DNA from: an uncultured bacterium
GTDB lineage: Bacteria > SAR324 > NAC60-12
Length of the DNA stretch: 64,000 nt
Reading direction: 5' to 3'
NCBI GenBank assembly: GCA_965662235.1
Contig: CBFIGY010000001.1
Coordinates: 96,001 to 160,000, forward strand
The notes under the pieces are model-generated. The model did no database searches, had not been told where the DNA came from, and saw nothing but the letters and a program-made list of their open reading frames with translations. Of this stretch, positions 57,461 to 64,000 are shown piece after piece. Each line of letters opens with the position of its first letter. Positions within the stretch are counted from its first letter, which is position 1. Made by a program: the position numbers and the translations under genes.

Positions 57461-58762
57461 ATGTTGACGCGAAACTCGTTTCTCAAGCGGACAGGAGGGC
57501 TGCTCGCTTCCCTCGGATTGGTGCTTTCAGGAGCAGGGCTGGCTCAGGCGCAAGAGACCATCAAGGTTGGGGTGCTGCACTCGCTTTCTGGCACCATGGC
57601 CATCAGTGAAACCACGCTCAAGGACACCGTGCTCATGCTCGTTGATGAGCAAAACAAGAAGGGGGGACTGCTGGGCAAGAAGCTCGAGGCGGTGGTGGTC
57701 GATCCGGCTTCCAACTGGCCGCTGTTTGCCGAGAAGGCTCGGGAGCTGCTGGAAGTGGATCAGGCGTCAGTGGTCTTCGGGTGCTGGACGTCTGTCTCCC
57801 GCAAGTCCGTCCTCCCCGTCTTTGAGGAGCTCAACGGCCTGCTCTTCTACCCGGTTCAGTATGAGGGAGAGGAATCTTCCAAGAACGTCTTCTACACCGG
57901 TGCCGCTCCGAATCAGCAGGCGATCCCGGCTGTGGACTACCTGATGAACGAGCTGGGAGTGGAGCGTTGGGTGCTCGCCGGCACCGACTACGTCTACCCA
58001 CGGACCACCAACAAGATCCTGGAGCAGTACCTCAAGGACAAAGGGGTTGCCGAGGAAGACATCATGATCAACTACACCCCCTTCGGGCACTCCGACTGGC
58101 AGACGATTGTTTCCCAGATCAAGGAGTTCGGTTCTGCCGGCAAGAAGACCGGAGTGGTCTCCACCATCAACGGCGATGCCAACGTCCCGTTCTACAAGGA
58201 ACTGGGCAACCAAGGCATTCAGGCAGAGGACATTCCGGTGGTCGCCTTCTCTGTTGGCGAAGAGGAGCTGTCTGGCTTTGACACCGGCCCCCTGGTGGGA
58301 CACCTTGCTGCCTGGAACTACTTCATGAGTGTTGACTCAGAAGCCAACTATGCCTTCATCGACAAGTGGCACGACTTCATTGGCAGTGACAAACGCGTCA
58401 CCAACGACCCCATGGAAGCACACTACATCGGCTTCAACATGTGGGTCCAGGCTGTGGAGAAGGCCGGAACCACCGACGTCGACGCAGTCCGGGAAGCCAT
58501 GTACGGCCTGACCTTCCCGAACCTGACCGGCGGAGTGGCCGTCATGAACACCAACCACCACCTCACCAAGCCCGTTCTGATTGGCGAAATCCAAGCCGAT
58601 GGTCAGTTTGAAACCGTCTGGCAGACGCCCGGAGGCGTGATTGGAGACGCTTGGTCCGACTACCTCCCAGAGAGTAAGGTCATTGTTGCCGACTGGACCC
58701 CACCCATTTCCTGCGGCAACTACAACCTCAAGTCCGGCGTGTGTTCTGGCCAGAACTACTGA
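57461..58762 (+). CDS. urtA: Urea ABC transporter substrate-binding protein
   Basis: LHSLSGTMAISE, DPASNWPLFAEKA, GCWTSVSRKSV, YPVQYEG, GTDYVYPRTTN. Confidence 0.95.
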   Translation: MLTRNSFLKRTGGLLASLGLVLSGAGLAQAQETIKVGVLHSLSGTMAISETTLKDTVLMLVDEQNKKGGLLGKKLEAVVVDPASNWPLFAEKARELLEVDQASVVFGCWTSVSRKSVLPVFEELNGLLFYPVQYEGEESSKNVFYTGAAPNQQAIPAVDYLMNELGVERWVLAGTDYVYPRTTNKILEQYLKDKGVAEEDIMINYTPFGHSDWQTIVSQIKEFGSAGKKTGVVSTINGDANVPFYKELGNQGIQAEDIPVVAFSVGEEELSGFDTGPLVGHLAAWNYFMSVDSEANYAFIDKWHDFIGSDKRVTNDPMEAHYIGFNMWVQAVEKAGTTDVDAVREAMYGLTFPNLTGGVAVMNTNHHLTKPVLIGEIQADGQFETVWQTPGGVIGDAWSDYLPESKVIVADWTPPISCGNYNLKSGVCSGQNY

Positions 58763-58778
58763 CCCTGCCACTCCCTTC

Positions 58779-58804
58779 CTCCTCCAGCCTCCGGGTTGGA
58801 GGAG
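58779..58804 (+). terminator. Intercistronic hairpin after urtA (partial terminator or stabiliser)
   Basis: CTCCTCCAGCC-TCCG-GGTTGGAGGAG 11-bp stem. Confidence 0.55.
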
Positions 58805-58884
58805 CCCCGTTTCTTGACCATCCCCAACTGAGACGGACCTGATTCGTCTCCCATCCGAGGTTTTTTGTGAGGCAGAATTCCCCG

Positions 58885-60477
58885 ATGGGACTCCGAATCC
58901 TGATCAGCCTACTGCTGTGGCTGACCAGCCTTTCCGGAGTCTCAGCACAATCCCTAGAAAGTCGTCTTCAGGCCCTAGACGCTCGGAGCTTTTCCGCTAA
59001 AGAACAGGCCATTGGTCAACTCGTCGCTCTTGGAGACGGTGCGGTTTTGCCAGCCCTAAGGGCCATGCTGGATGGCAAGCTGTACGTCCAGAAAGCAAGC
59101 AAGCGCGTGGTCATTGCCGAAGAGGCACCAGGCCGCAACTACGCCCTCCGGGACGCTCTCAGCGAAGAAGTCCTCGGCGAAGTGTCCCGCCGGGAGGTTT
59201 CGAAGATCCGCATCAACAACTCCCTCCGTACCGTTCTGCGGGGCGCCATTGCCGAACTGGGCCTCTTCAGTCCCCGTCCAGAGGTACGGCAGGCGGCAGC
59301 GCTCGAGATGCTCAACCAGCCCTCAGCTGAAACCCTAGCGCTGCTGGAACGGGTTCAGCAAAAGGAACAGGACCCCGACGTCCAGGCAACACTCCGGTTG
59401 GGCTGGGCCGCATCAGCGTTGCCATTCGGAACCCCGGACCAGCAGCTGGAGGCTGCTGACATCCTGGGCGGGACCCTAGAACGCGAAGCCTTCGTTTTGC
59501 TTCAGCAGAACCGAGACCGCGCTTCTGGCGCCCTCCAGGTGGCCATTGACGACGCGCTGGAACGCATTGAGCTGAAGCGCTGGCTGAGCGGATTGGTGGA
59601 GCTGGGCTTTTTCGGACTCAGCCTTGGGGCTGTGCTGCTGCTGACGGCTGTGGGCCTCGCCATTACCTTTGGCGTCATGGGGGTCATCAACATGGCCCAC
59701 GGCGAGATGATCATGCTGGGGGCCTACACCACCTTCGTCATTCAGCAGCTCTTTCCAGACTGGATCGACGCTTCCCTGTTCCTCGCCGTTCCTGCGGCCT
59801 TCCTGGTGTCCGGAGGCGTCGGCGTCCTGATTGAACGCACCGTCATCCGGGCGCTGTATGGCCGTCCGCTTGAAACGCTGCTCGCCACCTTTGGCATCAG
59901 CCTCGCGCTGCAGCAGGCCGTCCGGTCGATCTTCGGTCCACTGAATCAGTCGGTGCTGACACCCAGCTGGATGCAGGGCACCTGGAAGCTGAACGGGGTG
60001 CTGGAGTTCACCTTCAACCGCATCACAATCATCCTGTTGGTGCCGCTGCTGCTGGCGGGGCTCATGCTCTTGCTCAAGCGCAGCTCCTTTGGACTGCAGA
60101 TGCGGGCCGTAACCCAAAACCGTTCCATGGCCGCCAGCATGGGCATCCGGACCGACTGGGTCGATGCCCTGACGTTTGGCTTGGGGTCCGGGATTGCCGG
60201 AGTGGCCGGAGTCGCCATCAGTCAGCTTACCAACGTCGGCCCCAATCTGGGACAGTCCTACATCATCGACTCCTTCATGGTGGTTGTCTTCGGAGGCGTG
60301 GGGAACCTGTGGGGCACCCTGGTGGGCGCTCTCACTCTGGGCATGGTCAACAAGCTCCTGGAGCCTCTCTCCGGAGCCGTCATGGCCAAGATCCTGGTGC
60401 TGGTCTTCATCATCCTGTTCATTCAAAAGCGCCCGCGCGGACTGTTCGCGCTCAAGGGACGATTCGTGGAGGCCTGA
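58885..60477 (+). CDS. urtB: Urea ABC transporter permease with an N-terminal periplasmic helical domain
   Basis: GLAITFGVMGVINMAHGE, RPLETLLATFG, YIIDSFMVVVFGG; start could be GTG 58867. Confidence 0.93.
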   Translation: MGLRILISLLLWLTSLSGVSAQSLESRLQALDARSFSAKEQAIGQLVALGDGAVLPALRAMLDGKLYVQKASKRVVIAEEAPGRNYALRDALSEEVLGEVSRREVSKIRINNSLRTVLRGAIAELGLFSPRPEVRQAAALEMLNQPSAETLALLERVQQKEQDPDVQATLRLGWAASALPFGTPDQQLEAADILGGTLEREAFVLLQQNRDRASGALQVAIDDALERIELKRWLSGLVELGFFGLSLGAVLLLTAVGLAITFGVMGVINMAHGEMIMLGAYTTFVIQQLFPDWIDASLFLAVPAAFLVSGGVGVLIERTVIRALYGRPLETLLATFGISLALQQAVRSIFGPLNQSVLTPSWMQGTWKLNGVLEFTFNRITIILLVPLLLAGLMLLLKRSSFGLQMRAVTQNRSMAASMGIRTDWVDALTFGLGSGIAGVAGVAISQLTNVGPNLGQSYIIDSFMVVVFGGVGNLWGTLVGALTLGMVNKLLEPLSGAVMAKILVLVFIILFIQKRPRGLFALKGRFVEA

Positions 60478-61655
60478 TGCAAACCCAAGCTGCACTTCAT
60501 CCGGAAGCCAGCCTGATCGGCCGGCTCACACGCGGGACCGGTGTTCCGTTCCTGACACTTCTGGGCGTCATGGCCTTTCTGGTGCCTCTGCTCAATCAGG
60601 CCGTTCCTTCTGACTCCTTCCTGTACCTGCCGACCTATGCCGTTAGCCTCATGGGCAAGTACCTCTGCTACGCCCTGCTTGCGGTGGCGTTGGACCTCGT
60701 TTGGGGGTACTGCGGCATCCTCAGTCTTGGACACGGCGCCTTCTTTGCTCTCGGCGGGTATGCCATGGGCATGCACCTGATGCGGGAAATCGGTGACCGC
60801 GGTGTCTACGGGAATCCCTTGCTGCCAGACTTCATGGTCTTCCTCAACTGGCAGGAGCTGCCCTGGTACTGGTACGGTTTCGACTCGTTCCCGTTTGCCC
60901 TCCTCATGACCCTGCTGGTTCCGGGACTGCTCGCCTTTGCCTTTGGGTGGCTGGCCTTCCGCTCACGGGTGACGGGCGTTTACCTTTCCATCATCACCCA
61001 AGCCATGACCTATGCGCTGATGCTGGCGTTCTTCCGCAACGACATGGGCTTTGGCGGCAACAACGGGCTCACGGACTTCAAGGACGTCCTTGGCTTTAGT
61101 CTGCAATCAGAGGCCACCCGAAACGTGCTCTTTGTTCTCTCCGCCCTTGCCTTGGCAGGAGGCGTGCTGCTGAGCCGGTTCCTGGTCACCTCCAAGCTAG
61201 GACGCGTGCTGGTGGGCATCCGGGACGCCGAAAGTCGGGTCCGGTTTCTGGGCTACCGGGTCGAGCACTACAAGCTGTTCGTCTTTGTCGTCTCTGCGAT
61301 GCTGGCGGGACTCGCCGGGGCGCTCTATGTTCCACAGATCGGCATCATCAATCCCGGAGAGTTCTCCCCGATCAACTCGATTGAAATCGTCATCTGGGTC
61401 GCCCTAGGGGGTCGAGGCACGCTGTACGGGGCGGCTCTGGGCGCGCTGCTGGTCAACCTAGCCAAAACCTGGCTCACCGGCGCGGCTCCGGAGGCCTGGC
61501 TCTTTGTCCTCGGGGGCCTCTTTGTGGGCACCACCCTCTTCTTTCCCAAAGGCGTGCTCGGCTGGCTGGCTTCCGCACCGTGGCGACGGAAGGTCGGGGC
61601 TGCGGTGCTGGATCCTCCGGAGGCAGCAACGCCTGAGAAAGGAGGGTCATGGTAA
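60477..61655 (+). CDS. urtC: Urea ABC transporter permease
   Basis: GKYLCYA, LVWGYCGILSLGHG, LPDFMVFL, GVYLSIITQA, GGNNGLTDF; TGATG coupling to urtB. Confidence 0.93.
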   Translation: MQTQAALHPEASLIGRLTRGTGVPFLTLLGVMAFLVPLLNQAVPSDSFLYLPTYAVSLMGKYLCYALLAVALDLVWGYCGILSLGHGAFFALGGYAMGMHLMREIGDRGVYGNPLLPDFMVFLNWQELPWYWYGFDSFPFALLMTLLVPGLLAFAFGWLAFRSRVTGVYLSIITQAMTYALMLAFFRNDMGFGGNNGLTDFKDVLGFSLQSEATRNVLFVLSALALAGGVLLSRFLVTSKLGRVLVGIRDAESRVRFLGYRVEHYKLFVFVVSAMLAGLAGALYVPQIGIINPGEFSPINSIEIVIWVALGGRGTLYGAALGALLVNLAKTWLTGAAPEAWLFVLGGLFVGTTLFFPKGVLGWLASAPWRRKVGAAVLDPPEAATPEKGGSW

Positions 61656-62410
61656 CGCTCAAAGAAGACCACGTTTCCAACACCATCCTCTACCTCGACG
61701 GCGTCAGCGTCAGTTTCGACGGCTTCAAGGCCCTCAACAACCTTTCGCTGTACGTTGAGCCCGGTGAGCTGCGGTCCATCATTGGCCCCAACGGCGCCGG
61801 CAAGACCACCATGATGGACGTCATCACCGGGAAGCTGCGTCCGGACACCGGCGAGGTCTTCTTCCAAAACCTCAACCTGCTTGAACTGGATGAGGCGGAA
61901 ATTGCCAACCTCGGCATTGGTCGGAAGTTCCAGAAGCCCACCGTTTTTGAAAGCCTCAGTGTTCTGGAGAACCTGGAACTCGCCCTCAAGATGGACCGGA
62001 CGCCCTGGGCCGTCCTCTTCCAGCACCGGGACCCTCAGGTCTGGCAACGGATGGAGGAGGTCCTTGAACAGATTGGCCTCCAGCACCGGCGCAACGAGCC
62101 TGCTGGCGCACTGTCCCACGGGCAGAAGCAGTGGCTGGAGATCGGCATGCTGATGATGCAGGACCTGGAGCTGCTGCTGGTCGATGAGCCGGTCGCTGGC
62201 ATGACAGACGCCGAAACCGAGCAGACCGCAACGCTGCTTCAGCAGGTCTCCGGGGAGCGCTCCGTGATTGTCGTCGAGCACGACATGGAGTTTGTCCGTT
62301 CCTTGGGGGGACGGGTGACGGTGCTGCACGAAGGCTCTGTGCTCGCAGAGGGCTCACATGCAGAGGTCAGCCGCAATGAACAGGTCGTCGAAGTCTACCT
62401 TGGGAGATAA
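61649..62410 (+). CDS. urtD: Urea ABC transporter ATP-binding protein
   Basis: SFDGFKALN, GPNGAGKTT, GIGRKFQKP, LSHGQKQWLEIG. Confidence 0.94.
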   Translation: MVTLKEDHVSNTILYLDGVSVSFDGFKALNNLSLYVEPGELRSIIGPNGAGKTTMMDVITGKLRPDTGEVFFQNLNLLELDEAEIANLGIGRKFQKPTVFESLSVLENLELALKMDRTPWAVLFQHRDPQVWQRMEEVLEQIGLQHRRNEPAGALSHGQKQWLEIGMLMMQDLELLLVDEPVAGMTDAETEQTATLLQQVSGERSVIVVEHDMEFVRSLGGRVTVLHEGSVLAEGSHAEVSRNEQVVEVYLGR

Positions 62411-62413
62411 GCT

Positions 62414-63103
62414 ATGTTGGAAATCAAAGAAGTGACCCTGCACTACGGGGCCAGCCAGGCGCTCCGGGGAGTGAACCTCACCGCCCAGAAGGGACGCGTC
62501 ACGGCCCTGCTCGGTCGCAACGGCGTCGGCAAGACCTCTCTGCTAAGGGCCATTGTGGGACAGCACCCCATCAGCGGTGGACAGATTGCGTGGGAAGACC
62601 AGGACCTCGCAGGGCGTCCCACCTTTCAGCGGGCTCGGTCCGGCATTGCGTATGTCCCTCAGGGCCGGGAGATCTTTCCGCAGCTGACGGTGGAGGAAAA
62701 CCTCCGGTCCGGACTCGGCTGGCAGGCCAAGGGGGTCATTCCGGAAAGCCTCTATGAGCTTTTCCCCGTCCTCAAGAGCATGCTTCACCGACGAGGAGGA
62801 GACCTTTCTGGCGGGCAGCAGCAGCAGCTGGCCATTGCCCGGGCCCTTACCCTGCAGCCTCGCCTGCTTGTGCTTGATGAGCCCACGGAAGGCATTCAGC
62901 CCTCAATCATCAAAGACATTGCCGGAGTGATCCGGAAGCTCCGGGATGCGGGATCCATGGCCATTTTGCTGGTGGAGCAGTACTTTGAGTTTGCACACGA
63001 CCTGGCCGACGACCTGGCGGTGATGGACCGCGGACAGGTGGTCCTCGCCGGCCAGCGCGAAGCCTTACAGGAGTCAGAGGTTCGGCGGTACCTGACGGTC
63101 TGA
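62414..63103 (+). CDS. urtE: Urea ABC transporter ATP-binding protein
   Basis: GRNGVGKT, LSGGQQQQLAI, DEPTEGIQPSII, LLVEQY. Confidence 0.94.
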   Translation: MLEIKEVTLHYGASQALRGVNLTAQKGRVTALLGRNGVGKTSLLRAIVGQHPISGGQIAWEDQDLAGRPTFQRARSGIAYVPQGREIFPQLTVEENLRSGLGWQAKGVIPESLYELFPVLKSMLHRRGGDLSGGQQQQLAIARALTLQPRLLVLDEPTEGIQPSIIKDIAGVIRKLRDAGSMAILLVEQYFEFAHDLADDLAVMDRGQVVLAGQREALQESEVRRYLTV

Positions 63104-63224
63104 TCGTTGCCCCCGAGTCGGCGCTTCAACTGCTTCTTTCTGCCTCCAAGCGGGAGAAGCGTCGGCTCTCTCACTCCACCGTTGTGAACGAAGCTGGAGC
63201 TTGGAGGGAGCGGGTCTCTTTTTT

Positions 63225-63271
63225 TGCCTAATTTCTTTGCGTTTGATGAGGGAATGATGTTAATTTAGGCA
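63225..63271. promoter_or_regulatory. Two NtrC-like enhancer boxes
   Basis: TGC-CTAATTTCTTT-GCG (63225-63241) and TGA-TGTTAATTTAG-GCA (63255-63271), 30 bp apart; close matches to the glnA boxes. Confidence 0.55.
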
Positions 63272-63359
63272 GCGTTTTCGCAGGCTTGCGGAGGCTACTT
63301 TGCCCAAGTATTTTGGTTTCCCCTCACTTCTCAGCAGATTAGCTCCCTTTCCAAACGAC

Positions 63360-63375
63360 TGGTCTGGCCGTTGCA
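63360..63375 (+). promoter_or_regulatory. Putative sigma54 promoter of the 2OG-Fe(II) oxygenase gene
   Basis: TGGTCTGGCCGTTGCA = GG-N10-GC with TTGCA. Confidence 0.55.
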
Positions 63376-63427
63376 GAATGGCTCTGTTCCAGAGAGGTTC
63401 GACTCCTTTCCCCATTTCGTGACTCTT

Positions 63428-64000
63428 ATGATTCCCATTGTTGACTTTGCTGCTCCTCCTGAGACGGTTGCCCGTCAGGCTTATGAGGCCTACACCGGCA
63501 TCGGCTTCTTCTATGCGGCCAACCTCCTGAATGATGCCGAAGGGCTGGAACGAACCTTTGCCGAGGCCAAGCGCTTCTTTGCCCTTCCCATGGACGAAAA
63601 GCAGGCCTGTGGGTGGACGAGTGAGGCCAGCAACCGAGGCTACACCGCCATTGAGCAGGAGAACCTCGACCCCTCTGAGGTGGGAGACATTAAGGAAGCC
63701 TACAACATGGGGCGAGAAGGCGATGAGCGCTACCCGAATCCGTGGCCGGCGTCGCTGCCTTCATTCCGGGAAACCCTGGTGGACTTTCATGAGAAGTGCC
63801 TGCAGATGAGCTTCACGGTGCTTGAGGCCTTTGAACGAGCGTTGCACCTGCCCGAGGGCTACCTGCAGGAACGGCACACCGTGGGAGATTCCAACATCCT
63901 CCGCGTCCTGCACTACCCCGCCATTCCGAATCTGGATCAGGTCAAGCCCGGTCAGCTGCGTGGCGGCGCCCACACCGACTACGGAACCATCACTCTGCTG
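63428..64000 (+). CDS. Isopenicillin N synthase-family 2OG-Fe(II) dioxygenase, 5' part; runs off the window edge
   Basis: My translation: MIPIVDF...GIGFFY...AKRFFALP.DEK...NRGY...DIKEAY...PNPWP...LRVLHYP...GAHTDYGTITLL (HxD motif). Not in the ORF track. Confidence 0.92.
   Translation, partial: MIPIVDFAAPPETVARQAYEAYTGIGFFYAANLLNDAEGLERTFAEAKRFFALPMDEKQACGWTSEASNRGYTAIEQENLDPSEVGDIKEAYNMGREGDERYPNPWPASLPSFRETLVDFHEKCLQMSFTVLEAFERALHLPEGYLQERHTVGDSNILRVLHYPAIPNLDQVKPGQLRGGAHTDYGTITLL

Noticed and set aside
63392..63410. T-arm-like GAGAGGTTCGACTCCTTTC suggesting a tRNA or att remnant
   Set aside because: No matching acceptor stem, D-arm or 7-nt anticodon loop; it lies in the oxygenase leader.

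Overview
GC-rich (roughly 60-63% by eye) bacterial chromosomal window. The gene content and protein styles suggest a free-living deltaproteobacterium-like lineage, possibly SAR324-like, but that assignment is low-confidence inference. It is mostly housekeeping: trpS-rpmA-rplU, pntAB, the rimP-nusA-infB-rbfA-truB-rpsO-pnp operon, argF, gltA, fliM, rlmD, fumC, dsbD-like, glnA, lipA-aroA-MOSC-cobQ, argD, two acyl-CoA ligases and urtABCDE. I saw no rRNA, tRNA, CRISPR array, integrase or transposase. Most notable: (1) a 37.7-41.6 kb module with a SutA-like RNA-polymerase-binding microprotein divergent from a T7-lysozyme-like amidase, a His-rich hypothetical, and an orphan phosphorothioation-associated-type methyltransferase fused to an M15-like Zn peptidase, with no dnd genes; (2) a stand-alone cereblon (CULT) domain protein with an intact tri-Trp cage; (3) two window-wide sequence signatures, a highly iterated TCCGGA palindrome and CTAG occurring mostly as CCTAG/CTAGG; (4) matching sigma54 promoters and paired NtrC-like boxes at glnA and at a 2OG-Fe(II) oxygenase; (5) a CheA-like kinase without a CheW-like domain near an orphan fliM; (6) an ABC exporter, Ca-binding secreted protein and two-component cluster with cop-box-like palindromes; (7) plant-like aroA and argF. 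All family assignments come from motif recognition, not database searches.
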